A stretch of 64,000 nt of DNA from Amoebidium appalachense (lineage: Eukaryota > Protista > Ichthyosporea). Position 1 is the first letter of the stretch. Every line of letters starts with the position of its first letter. Positions 34,386-47,237 of this stretch are shown here, piece by piece. The translations under genes and the position numbers were made by a program. The stretch is from assembly GCA_963693365.1 (NCBI GenBank), contig CAVNZM010000005.1, forward strand, positions 1,364,001-1,428,000. The letters are read 5' to 3'. The notes beneath the pieces are model-generated. The model was not told where the DNA came from. It worked only from the letters and a program-made list of their open reading frames with translations, and searched no databases.

Positions 34386-35323
34386 ACGCGCGCGCGGGAA
34401 AGGGAGGGGGGGAGAGGGAGAGGGGGGAGGGGTTAGGGCGGGGAGGATCAGAAGCCAGAGGGTACTAGGGTGTAGTTGGTAGAAGGTTTTGCTGGCTCGT
34501 GCGGGAAAGAAAGATAAGCCGCAGCATGACCCTCCCCACCTCCAACGCCCCACCCCTAAGGCTTCTCCTTTGAAGTCTCCCTCCCCCTCCTCCCTCCCCC
34601 CCCTTCCCCCTCCTCCTCCCCCTCCCCCCCCCCCTCCATACACGCACACGCCATCACCCACTGACCCACACATACACCACCATTCATACACACACACGCC
34701 CACATCGTGACGAATAGGCGTAGGGCATGTCCAGGATGAAAACCGTGTGGAGCCCGGACTGGTGGCGAAGTCTTTTTCAAATAGTGTGTTGTTAGCCTGG
34801 GAATAATAGCCCTATACGCATGGAAGTTCGTTTGGTTTCCTTCCCTTTCTTTATTTTGTACAATTTTCTGCCTCAAATATTTCCTTTCTGAAAGGGTTGG
34901 GTAATAGGTTGGGGGGGAGGGAGGGGGAGGAGGGGGAGGGAAGGGAGGGTTGGATTTGGACCGGGGAGGGGGGGGGGGGGGCGTGGAGAGGGGAGGGGAA
35001 GGGGGGAGGTGGGAGGAGGGAATACCGTTTTACAACATGAAAGTGTTGGTCGGGTATGGGGGCCCACCAAATGCGCTGGGAAAGGGGGGGGGGGAGGAGG
35101 GAGGGAGAGGAGGGAGGGAGGGAGGGGGGAGGAGGGGAGGACAGTAAATAGGTAGTAGAGAAATCACTCAAGTTCCTGATGTACGTACACTAAAACAAAA
35201 TGCACTTCTTAAAGCGAGTGCTAATAAATTAGTCACATACTGTACCTCAGTGATATCGATTTCCACGGACACAGCGCTAGCTTGCACATGCCCATATATG
35301 AATACTATGCACAACACTGAGAT

Positions 35324-35356
<33 letters not shown>

Positions 35357-36172
35357 CCCCCGGGCCCCCCAGTGTCTCTTCTCTTTACTACGTTAATGAC
35401 AGTGAAAGTGTGCTTGTGCCTTTGTGTGTGTGAGAGGGTTGAGGGGGGGGGGGGGGGAGGGGGGGGGGGGGAGGGGGGAGGGGGGGAGGGGGGAGGGGGG
35501 AGGGGAGAAGACGTTAGGCATAAGTGAATGATGACGGATTCGGGGACTTCGAGGACGAGCGGGAGGTGGAGGGGGAGGGGAAGCGAGGAGAGGAGGGGGG
35601 CATGGGGAAATGTGCGAAAACCACAACAACTAGGGGGGGGGGGGGGGGGGAGACAGGGGGAGGGGGTGGGGGCATGGGGAAATGTGCGAAAACCACAACT
35701 ACTCAGCCAGCATGTAATATTTCAGTTAGTACACATGGCCGTCCAGCGGCCCAGGTACATGTACGTTTAATATGGTCGTAAATGATGTTTTTGATGGTTT
35801 CACTACATGCAAGGATATCATTATCATGCACGTTGCTTGAATCATTCTGTATACCTTGCTACAGTACCCACTGTTATGTATACCTTCCCATATGTACTGC
35901 ACATGATAACCAGTCATTCCATCTAAGTGTAGCTATAGTGTTGTATAATGCATGTGGCAACATTGTTCCGTTGGTTCACTGCTTCTGATTTGCAGGCACG
36001 GAAAAGAATTATTCCAAACAGAACATCCTTTCTTGCTTATCACCTAAATAGTTGTATACGGGATTCACTAAGGCCAAGTTCCCAACGTTTGAAAAAACCG
36101 CCAACGAAAAAACAAGACTCATGGGGTTGCGCCACACAGGTCTCATAAACTTGCCAAAATATGCAAGATAGC

Positions 36173-37960
36173 TTACAGAGACATTTCCAACACAGACACC
36201 GCACACGCTACAACCAAGATAAAAAAGGTGCTGCACCCAGGGCTGACAACAAACCCGTTGCTCTCAAAAGCATCCAATCCGATAAGAACTTCTGCAGTCG
36301 GCACATGGTCACCGTCTTGTGTGGGTCTCTGCATGTCTGTGTTGGGATTCGCCACAACCGTTGGATTCGAAGGGGCGATTTTTGTTGTTCCCTTGATGTT
36401 GTTGGCTACATCAATGGTGGTGATACTAGAAGAGGGGATGCTGGTGGGAGAGGAGAATCTTTCGGCTGTCGGTGCTGCAATCCTTTTGTCTGTTGTAGGC
36501 ATGGCTGGTGTGGATGGCTGATCCGGAGCAACTGTAGAAATTACAGGGGAGTGAGTTTGAGTGCGATTGTTCAATGATACGGATTTCGTTGTTGCTGGTA
36601 GGTCAGTGGTGCTGGTTTGCATGTTAATTGTGGTGGTGGGCGGGGTGCATGTAGGCTTGACAGTTTTTGTGATTGTGGATTTGCTCGTCACGGTGACCAA
36701 CCGGGTATAGTATACGGTTGTAGTGACCGTTGTGGGTGCGGCGCTTTTGGGGTTGGTGGATTTTGGAATGGAAGTGTTGGTGCGTACTGGCTTCGTGTGT
36801 TTTGTGAAGGCAGCCACAGAGATGGCAGTAGTGGTGGTGGTGGTTGTAGTGGTGGGTGTGGTGGTTGTGGTGGCAGTGGTGGCGGTGGTGGCAGTGCCTG
36901 GTGTGCTGACAGTGGTGGTGTAATAGGATGTACTAAACGGCCGTGTCGTGGTTTTTGGAGTTTCCAGTGAGCTGGTACTACTAGTTGCATGAAACGGTGG
37001 CGTAGCGTGCTTTGATCGGGTAGTGGTGGTGGTTTTCTTACGTGTAGTGGCTGGGGCGATGGTTGTTGAGGTGGTGATGGTGGTCGTGGTGGTGGTCGGT
37101 ACAGGAATTTCGGTAGTGGTTGTGCTTGGGGTGGTTGTAGTAATGATGACCGAAGGGATCGAATCGTTTTCCGTTTTCTCTGTGGTGGTTGTGATCGTTA
37201 TTGCATGAATCACTACCGTTGCTTGTTTTTCGGTGCCGATTGCTGGCTTGTTACCGGGCAGTTTAGGTGTTGTGGTGGTGCTTGTGGTTGTGATTGGGAT
37301 TGTGGTTGTGATCGTGGTCGTGTCTGTAGCTGTGGTTGTTGTGGTTGTGTGTAACATTGTGGTTGTGGTTGGTGTGGTGGTTGTCGTTGTGGTTGTGGTT
37401 GTAGTTGGGGTTGTGGTTAATGTTGTTTGCTTACTTTTAGTAGTAGTAGCTGCAGTAGTGGTGGTGGTAATGATGTCCGGTGTTGGGATGACTTGATTGT
37501 TTGCTGGCTTGGCAGGGGCCCGAGGAACATCAGTTTCCTTTACCGTTGGCTGCTTTGGTGTCGATTTTCCATCACAGGTGACAAACGAAAACGTGATTCC
37601 ATCGACAATGCCCGCGTCCGTGCTGCCCATGAGCTCAACAAACACGGGTTCAGAAACATCCAAATGCGTATTCGCACATTCAGGGCAGCGGTCCTGTATC
37701 GGGGCCGTAACCGACTTGCCGTTGTATGTGATCTTCACACATGTTCCTGAGCATACAGGGTCGAGATTGTAATTTCCTGCGGTCCACCATGCCGCACCGA
37801 CCGCAACCAAAAGCTCGTTTTTGGCGTCCAGAGTGTCTCCGCATGCACCGTAACCGGAAAGGTTGTAGTAAGTCATCTTGCCGGTGTATTCTTGCGTAGG
37901 GGCTGCATTATTGGCACAGGCAAAGAGAGCCAGAGAGAGGGGAACGGAGGAAAGTCTCAT
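36173..37960 (-). CDS. Secreted/surface DPBB (RlpA-like; Streptomyces papain inhibitor/expansin-like) protein with Thr-rich mucin stalk and C-terminal hydrophobic anchor (595 aa, intronless)
   Basis: Signal peptide MRLSSVPLSLALFACA. Domain motifs GKMTYY..SGYGACG, LVAVGAAWWT, DPVC, YNGKSV..PIQDRCPEC..HLDVS. ~350 aa Thr-rich region. C-terminal TFFILVVACAVSVL. Confidence 0.88.
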   Translation of the reverse strand: MRLSSVPLSLALFACANNAAPTQEYTGKMTYYNLSGYGACGDTLDAKNELLVAVGAAWWTAGNYNLDPVCSGTCVKITYNGKSVTAPIQDRCPECANTHLDVSEPVFVELMGSTDAGIVDGITFSFVTCDGKSTPKQPTVKETDVPRAPAKPANNQVIPTPDIITTTTTAATTTKSKQTTLTTTPTTTTTTTTTTTPTTTTMLHTTTTTTATDTTTITTTIPITTTSTTTTPKLPGNKPAIGTEKQATVVIHAITITTTTEKTENDSIPSVIITTTTPSTTTTEIPVPTTTTTTITTSTTIAPATTRKKTTTTTRSKHATPPFHATSSTSSLETPKTTTRPFSTSYYTTTVSTPGTATTATTATTTTTPTTTTTTTTTAISVAAFTKHTKPVRTNTSIPKSTNPKSAAPTTVTTTVYYTRLVTVTSKSTITKTVKPTCTPPTTTINMQTSTTDLPATTKSVSLNNRTQTHSPVISTVAPDQPSTPAMPTTDKRIAAPTAERFSSPTSIPSSSITTIDVANNIKGTTKIAPSNPTVVANPNTDMQRPTQDGDHVPTAEVLIGLDAFESNGFVVSPGCSTFFILVVACAVSVLEMSL

Positions 37961-38969
37961 GGTGGCTGACTCCTTTGAAGGTTGAGGTTGACTATTAGAT
38001 AAAGGCGCGATTAAGTAAGTGAGTATTCAAGCAACTCGAATACAATTATTAATACTCTCGGAAAGTCTACACACAGAGCAGACTGAAATCGCCGAGAAAC
38101 ATTAGAATTTTGAGGTTAGGTTGAAACAAGCAGTGCCGACACACCAAGGTTTTGCTTACAAAAGAATGTGAAGATACCTTCTTTTATACTTTTTTGTTCC
38201 AGTTTTGGCCTGCACAAAGATGTGAAGCCACGTGCTTCTGTGACAGCTGCGCAAGTGTGTTTCTTTCCCAGGAGCAGCTAGAGCAGGTTATATATGTTCT
38301 GAGAAGGATACCCAGCCAATAGCAGGGGATCTTTGTCAAACATTCATTGGTTAGCGATGGCCAATGAAAAAGACCATCTATTTATCTATCTGCCTATTGG
38401 TTCATCTGAATCTATGCTAGAAGACAATGCTATTGGTGAATCTTTAGTCTTGCGGATTTACCGAGATTGATTGGACAATGCGTAGATCACGGGTAGCCAA
38501 AGACAAGGGTAGATCTACATCTGTAGTTTTGGTGACAGTATTTACATCGATTTTGCCCTTCCAGAATTAAAAAAAAATGTCTATCCACGCTTATCCCTTG
38601 TTTCTACACAAACTACCTCAACTGTAATATTGTCACATAATCTTTGAGAATGTGAGCTTTGAAAGTGAATTCTCCAAAAATCCAATAATTCCAATTCCCA
38701 TAATCCGGAATTCCTGATTGGTCGGTGTGTGTCGCCATTCTCATTGGATCCCAGGAATCTTGACTCAAGTCAAGATCAAAAGTTTTGATTCAAAAACACC
38801 ACTGACAGTAGAGTCGACCGTGACATTGACCGAGGAAGGGGAGGGAAAGGCGCGCAAGAAAAGAATTTGGAAAGGGGGAAAGAAACTGCTAAAAAGCTAA
38901 ATTGCTATTTTAACTAAGGGGAAGAAAGCGCTTGCTAATTAGCACTGTATTCATGAGCCTCTGCCCATG

Positions 38970-39340
38970 CTCACAACGCCTCCTCCAACTTTCCGCTACA
39001 CAAGTGTGTGCACGCTGCTTTTTGCTCGCCCTGGCCGGGAAACAAGAGATGATTGGTTTGGAGCTTTTGATTTTGAAGGGCCACGTGATGGCTCAGGGTT
39101 GCCCGGGCAACAGGGCACCAGGGCAACCAATGGCTGAGCGTTCGAAGCGTTGTGTTGTCGGCAGGACCTACCCACTGGCAGCCAGACGACTGCACGTGTG
39201 CTGTTTATCTTCACAGAGTTTGAAGATGTTGTCTAAGGAATTCAAGTCTGTGACTATACAAGTCATCAATATGTACATGTGTTCATTTGTTGTACGTGTA
39301 CACATATTGTTGACCCACCAAAAAAATATTAATGGGGGTG

Positions 39341-39403
<63 letters not shown>

Positions 39404-39891
39404 AAAAAAAAAAAAAAGAAAAAGTCTAGTTCCTGTTTCGAAAAAAGTCACCAGATAACGGTGTCTACAGCGCAGTCTGTATTGCGAAGCCGTTGTGCAG
39501 TATGGACCAGCACGCATGCGGGCGCCGGGTGTTACACCTACACACGCCAAATCTTCTCATAATCATGAGCACGTGGGATCGGATACAGTACGTAATATTA
39601 ATGATGTTCAAGCTTGGCATGTGATTGTCGATAAACATTTGAGGACACGAACATGTGTCGTCGTTGTGTGATCATGCAAGGTTTGATCATCGCGTCAGTA
39701 ATTTTGATACCGGAATCAAACTTGGAACAACGAGTTAAGAGAATAATGGGTTAAAGAACGGAGGAAGCCGCGACACCCATGGGTCGCCCATGTAAGTGTG
39801 TGGATGTGTGTGTATGTAACTGTTTGTCCGTGGGTGGGTGGGTTGCTTGGCGTAGGTGTTTGACAGTGTTTGAAGGGGTGGGGTGGTGTGT

Positions 39892-39922
<31 letters not shown>

Positions 39923-40220
39923 GGGGGGGGGAGGAAAGGGGCTGGCGGAAGGAGGGGGGGGGGGGGGGGGGGGGGGGGGCATTACTCGGATTTTGAGGGA
40001 TATCGGGATTCAAACTCATACCATGTACCGTTTTTCAAGGCTTGTGTCCCCTCTCCTCTCCCCACCATCACCACGTGCACCATCACCACCTCCACCTCCA
40101 CCCCCACCGGCCCCATCCCCACCAACCTCAAACCCGGGCCACAACCAAAGCCCGGAACTCCCGAAGACAAGCCTCCTTTTTTAGCAACTGAGTAATGAGG
40201 GCGTGTGTGTGTGTGTGGGG

Positions 40221-40264
<44 letters not shown>

Positions 40265-40830
40265 CTTCGAAGAATATGGCATAAGGGATTTTTCAATTGG
40301 AAATGGGTGGGGGGGGGGGGGGGGGGGGGGGAGTAGTAAATATCGACATCCCCCCTGGTGGTATCCCCCTCCCTCACCCCCCCTCATCGGGGGGAGGGGG
40401 GAGGGGGGAGAACCCACCTCTCCCGGGGGGTGGGTGGGTCCCCCCTCCCCCCCCCCCCCCCCTCCCCAAGGTGGCCGCTTGGGTGGGTGGGTCCCTCCCC
40501 CCCCCGAGGGGGGGGGGGGGGGGGGAGACCCACCTGGCCGAGTGGGGTGGTGGGTCCCCCCCCCCCCCCCCCCCCCACACCCCCATCACCCCACCCACCC
40601 ACCCACCCACCCACCCACACATACACACACATATATGCGCATGATCATGGCATGAAAGAGTCTCTTTTCCACCCACCAAAGACAGTATTCACTATTACTC
40701 TTTTTTTTTTTTAATCAGTTGGAGCAATTGCCTCCGTTTTGGCCACTGATACATATCCCTCTACAGAGGCTCCCCCCCCTCCCCCCCCCCTACACACACA
40801 CAAACACACTCACGAGCACACACACACGCA

Positions 40831-40868
<38 letters not shown>

Positions 40869-41124
40869 CGTACGCGCGCCCATACACACTCATACAAGGG
40901 GGGGGAGAGTAGTAAATATCGACGTCCCCCCTGGTGGTACCCCCCTCCCCCACCCCCCACTCATCGGGGGGAGGGGGGGGGGGGGGGGGGAACCCGCCTC
41001 CCCCGGGGGGTGGGTGGGTCCCTCCCCCTCCCCCTCCCCAACATAGCCGCTGGGGTAGATGGGTCCCTCCCCCCCGGGGGGGGGGGGGGTGGGGGACCCA
41101 CCTGGCCGAGTGGGGTGGTGGGTC

Positions 41125-41155
<31 letters not shown>

Positions 41156-41397
41156 TCCCCCCACCCACCCACCCACCCACCGACACACACATACACACAC
41201 CTATATGCGCGTGATCATGGCATGAAAGAGTCTCTTTTCCACCCACCAAAGACAGTATTCACTATTACTTTTATTTTATTTTATATCAGTTGGAGCAATT
41301 GCCTCCGTTTTGGCCACTGATACATATCCCTCTCCAGAGGCCCCCCCCCCCCCCCCCCCCACACACACACAAACACACTCACGGGCACACACACGCA

Positions 41398-41434
<37 letters not shown>

Positions 41435-41742
41435 CACACACACAGCGCACGCGCGCCCATACACACTCATACACACGCGCGCGCACCCCCGTGCACGCAC
41501 ACACACACACACACGCACACCGTGGCACAGTGTCACACAGTGTCACACATACGCGCGCGCGCAGCGTCCCCTTGCCATGGCATGCACGCACACGCGCACG
41601 TGCGCATCCCCATACACGCGCACACGAGCGCGCACGCGCGCCTGTACATGCACACATACTGACCAATACACACATACACACATACACACACACACACACA
41701 CATACGCACGCACGTGCACAAACACGCACACACGCACACAGT

Positions 41743-41781
<39 letters not shown>

Positions 41782-42280
41782 TTTTTTATTATTTTTTTTT
41801 ATTTTATCCCGTTTCACTCCCGGCGGGGCACTGCCTCAGGGAGCTTACCGTCTTCCACCTAGAGACACAGATCGTACTGTATAGCACACTCGTAAGTCAG
41901 GATTCTTATTGACCCCAACTGGCACTGTTTTTACTTACGCCTTTATCTCACGGTTCTAGCCGCAGCAACGCTAGTGGGAAACTCACTTTAACAACACAAG
42001 CCGGGAGCGACCCGGGACACATACACAAACATATAGACTTGAAAGGGAAAACCCTATGCCCAGGACGCTGACCCGAATCGGGCATAGCATGATTTTCAGC
42101 TGATCAAGGAATCCTGTTAGTTAGCCTCAATGTTTACGTTTTGGCTTTGTATGTAAACCACTGCTGATTATAATACTATATTGTCACATCATGGCCATTG
42201 GGATGGCAGCCTATGGGGTGGGTGGGTACCCCCCCCTACTCAGGTGGGTGGTGGCCCCCCCCTCCCCCTCTCCCTGCTGG

Positions 42281-42314
<34 letters not shown>

Positions 42315-42473
42315 CCACCTGTCCAAAGGGGGGGTGGGTCCCGCCCCCCCTAAAGTTTCTACTACCCCCCTCCCCGTTTTAAAATCAAGAATCCCTAAGC
42401 CCTCGGGTAGTCCCATTGACAATGTTCATGTATATGCTCACAAGCACAGTACATTTTGCACAGTGGAAAACCA

Positions 42474-42506
<33 letters not shown>

Positions 42507-43973
42507 CCCCACCCCAAACACCGACCCACCACTTTCCACCACCATGCATCTCTACCCTCCGGCCAGAAACCCATAATGGCTCATGCAGATGCATGTCCCT
42601 CTGGGAAGATAACAGACTCAGCCACGGTGCAGCGGCTAGACCAATATTGTATGTATGTAATTGAAAAAGAGAGAGACAAGAGCGAAAAAGGGACAAAATC
42701 CTCTAACCGATCCTCTAAAGCTATTTGCAGTTGACGTTTCTCGGACCACAACCCAACAAATTGAAAAACGGCGTATTTGGCAAGGAACAGATAATCTGTT
42801 TATTTACCAGGGCTCTAATATATATATATATATGTGACGGCATACTTGCATCCCTAAGAACTCGTGCTAGCCGGGCGCACACGTGCATCCGGGTAACAAT
42901 AACCAAGGTTTTCTACATGGGTTTCGAGTCAATGAACGTCATACAATGATCACACAGGACTGTTTAGCAGTCTGAAAGCATGTACAAATCCGCACATGTA
43001 CAGAAAGGAATCCCATAGTAAACCGGTCAACACACATGAACGGATTTAACCCTACATGTATGTGTTCATTCACAAACTATAACGGTTCACACATCTACTC
43101 AGCAGCGGCATTTGCAGGAGTCCAAGCCAGTAGCATGCAGCAGTGTGTTTGCAGATATGGTTCGTACAGGGGCAGGTGGTCTCGCAGCTCAAGTTGTCGC
43201 ATGGTGTCTGCCAGCTGCATGGGTGTCATGAACCTGTGATTGCCCATTGCCTGCCTTTGCACACACAGTAATTGATGGCTCCCTCGAGAAAAAAGGGGTG
43301 TGGTATGGGTGTGTGTGTGGGGGGGGGGGGGGGGGGGGGGGGGAGGGGGGGGGGAGGGGGGGGGGGGGATGGTAGGGTGGGGTGGGGTGGGGTGGGGGGG
43401 GGAGGGGGGAGGGGGGAGGGAGAAAAGGGTGGCAGCTGGGTTGGGCATGCACCGTTCAAGGGGGGGGGGGGGGGGATGCAAGAAGGGTGAAAGAGGGGGA
43501 GAGGGGGGGGAGGGGGGGGGGGGGTTGGCAGCGGGAGAAATTTCACAAAAATAGCTTGGCTCAGACTGTGACTCAGGCCCTGTGCTCGCAGCCAATACAA
43601 GAAGCGGGGGTTTGGCAGAGCGGAATGAAATGAAAACAGCACTGTATGTGTTTACTAACCTTTTCAATGGGGGTTCGTTTGCCGTGGCCATGCTGGGACA
43701 TGGCCTCTTGCAGCAGACGGGTCACTGGATAGAGAGAGACAGAGAGAGTGTGTGTGTGTGTGTGTGTGGTGTGTGTGTATGCAGGTGCCAATACTAGATG
43801 CACAAGAAACACAGTTAATTCGTGCACATGACTGAGGGCTTCATGTCTGCAGTGCAGCACACAGTACTACCATCCTCCCAGACTCATGGATGTGTGTCTA
43901 CCTCACCAAACTTAATGCAATCACAAGAGCTCATTCCCATTTCAGTGCACCCACCGGGGGCACAGCAGGCCCT

Positions 43974-44008
<35 letters not shown>

Positions 44009-44523
44009 TCTCACTCCCCCCCGGCCCTCTCTCACTCCTCCCCCCCCCTCTTTTTTTTCCCCTCTCCCCCCCCCTTGCAACCGTTCCCAGTGGTTGTTTC
44101 CGGGAACAAGCACTTGTGCACAGTCATAGGATGCATCATCACCCAACACATGAACATGAGGCTCAGTAGTCCCTCTCCCTCCCCCCTTTCCCCCTCGCTC
44201 CTCCCCTCCCTCTCTCCCGCCTTCTGCATTGGCCGTATAAATAAAGGCATTTAAGAATCCAATTTAGAAAGCAGGTCGAAACCACGAGAAGAGTTGGTGA
44301 CAATCAGGGTGCTGGTTGCAACGTTCTCGTCCCGGGGGGGTGGGGGGAGGAAGCAACCTAAGGTAACATAAATACTCACATGAGCCACCAATTATAAGCA
44401 CCTGATACAAAAAATGGAACAGGACGGGGGGAAGGGGGGGGGGGATGGAGGAAAATTAAGGCAGAAGTTGATGTGAGAGCGTATATGTGAAACAGGGGGG
44501 TTGAGAAGAATAGGTGTGCCCGG

Positions 44524-44595
<72 letters not shown>

Positions 44596-44751
44596 GGGCA
44601 GGGCAGGGGGATGACGGCAGGAATAGGATTGGGGCTGGAGGAAACGAAAGGGAAAGAAATGGCCAGGAACGGTAGGTGCAACGTGCACGACATAGACATA
44701 GCCATGTTATGTGCACATCACAGGCAAAGGGTGAAGGGGAGGGGGTGGAGA

Positions 44752-44789
<38 letters not shown>

Positions 44790-45116
44790 GAAGGGGGTTC
44801 CACAGGGACGGAGAAAGATGCAAGAAGAGGGGGGAAAGAAAGTGGCAGAGAAAAGGCCTGCCTGTCTGGGTGTACGCGCGCGCGTGTGTGTGTGGGGGGT
44901 TGGAGGGGAGGGGGGGGGGAAGGGGGGGGGGGGGGAGGGGGGCATACGCAGTGTCTCACACTGACTGGAGGTGTCCTGGCCAGACAGGTTGATGCGCATG
45001 ATGGCCCTCAATGTGGCCCAGTCCGCAATCTGTTGCATGGGCACGGGTTGAGAAACATGCTCCATGCTAGCCCCCCCTTCCCCCTCTCCCAAACACACAC
45101 ACATGCACACACACGC

Positions 45117-45153
<37 letters not shown>

Positions 45154-45652
45154 ACACCTCCCCGGTGCCACCTACCATATATTTTTTTATAACGTGCACC
45201 TAGATAGAGTCCACCGGCATTGGGCTGGCACACAGGTGTGTGTATATGGTCCCCAAGGAGCACATGTAAGGGGAAAAGGTATAGGAAGGCTAAGAAAATT
45301 GGAGGAAAAATGTGGGTAGTAGCAGCATTGTGTGGGGAGGAGCGGGGATTTTAACAACTAGAACACACCAAAAAAATGAGAATGGCTACCCAGGCACGGC
45401 TGCGTCCTAGTGGATCGGCAGTCGTGTGAAGGAGTATAGGGGGGAAGGGGGAGAGGGGGGGTGTTGTGTGTGCGTATGTGTGGGAAGGGGGGGGGGAGAG
45501 GGCGGGGGCGGGGGGGGGAAGGCAAGCAAGCCTGGGACTATCCTCGGAGCCAGGGCGGGAGAAGATGCATATGTGTGTTTGCAGCCTTCGTGCCTGCATG
45601 TGAAATGAAGGACAGGGTTGTGGGCACCCGAAGAAGGGGGAGGGGCGGGTGT

Positions 45653-45683
<31 letters not shown>

Positions 45684-45837
45684 GGGGAGGGGGAGGGGGT
45701 GAGGGGTGATTGTTACGTCGGTCAAGGGAGTGCCGTTCATGTCGAGGTTAGCAAGCAGGTTGAGGGCAGCCACACGAGCACCCACGTGCACATCCTGGGC
45801 CTTGTGCACTACCACAGTGGCCAGCCGGTGCCAGTAG

Positions 45838-45893
<56 letters not shown>

Positions 45894-47206
45894 CGCGCGC
45901 ACGTTTATGTTTGCATATGTGAGCGTGAGTGAGTGAGTGTGTGTATGTTCCTATCCAATCCCGTCCCTCATATCATAACCCCCCACCCCCCACCCAGTCC
46001 GCCCCAACTCTACACCCCCTCCACCACCAACCCCATTTCATCCTCCCCAAGTAGTATTCATATCTTCCCAATCACCTGCCCTTCTCATCTTTCTCCTTAC
46101 CACCAACCCGTAGTACACATCAACGTTATTGTTCCCCCCCCCCCCCCCCCCCCTTCCTTCAACACCCATATTGCCCCCTTCCACCCACCCGTTCCTGATC
46201 TCCCCAACGCTCCCACCACCAACCCTCTTTGTCCTTTGTGCCCCCTTTTCAGGCAAAAATCTGAATTGTTTCTCCCGCCCCCCCCCCACCCCCCCCCCCA
46301 CCAATTCCATCCAATTCTACTGCCTGGGCATGTATGTGTTGCATAAAGCCGGTATGCTCCAATTATTCCACTTGTTGGTATGGTGTGTGCTATGCACAAC
46401 CAGTATATACGAAATGCTACATACACGTGGTATGATGGCGCTATCTCACTACCAACTGGGCACGTGCATACACCCGTAAACGGCAGTGCTTTAAGGGTAG
46501 CATTAAGGTGGATGTTCTACATACCTGCACACAGTGCTGCTGTCTGCACGTTATTGGTGTGTGCCGATGAGGGCAGCAGCAGGTCCATAGTCCTCATGCA
46601 CTCCAGACGCACTGGGTGCATGTGGCCCATAAGCATGTAGCGTGTGGGCAGCTAGATGCCTGTTAAGAGCTGGACAGAAAAAATATGCCCAAGCTTCCCA
46701 ATATCAAGCTAGCAATAGGATAACCTGAAACCCCCCCCCCCCCCCCCCCAAAAAAAAAAAAAAAAAAAAAAAGAAACCTACCTACAAAACTTGAAACTTC
46801 ACACCCATCCACCAACCAGCAAAAGCATCTACCTGCAAACCCATTCACCTACCCAACCACACCTACTAACCCACCCACCCATACCTACTGACCCACCCAC
46901 AAACCCACCAACACATCCTAATCCACCCACCCACACACCTACCACCCCACTCACCACACACCGCACACCAAAATTCACTCGCCTGCGCCTCACCAACCGA
47001 CTCACCCACTCATCTAACCACACCTACCAACCTACTTGCCCACCCACACCCACAAGCAGGAGACCACCTACCACGTGGGGATGGGTCATACTTTAGGGCC
47101 CTTGTAACGGCTTTGCACGTGCCGAGCATTCGGGTAGCCACTGTCAGTGGGGAGTGGGTTAAGGGCAAAAGAACACAAGTGGAGCACATGTGTTCCTCTC
47201 CCCCCC

Positions 47207-47237
<31 letters not shown>

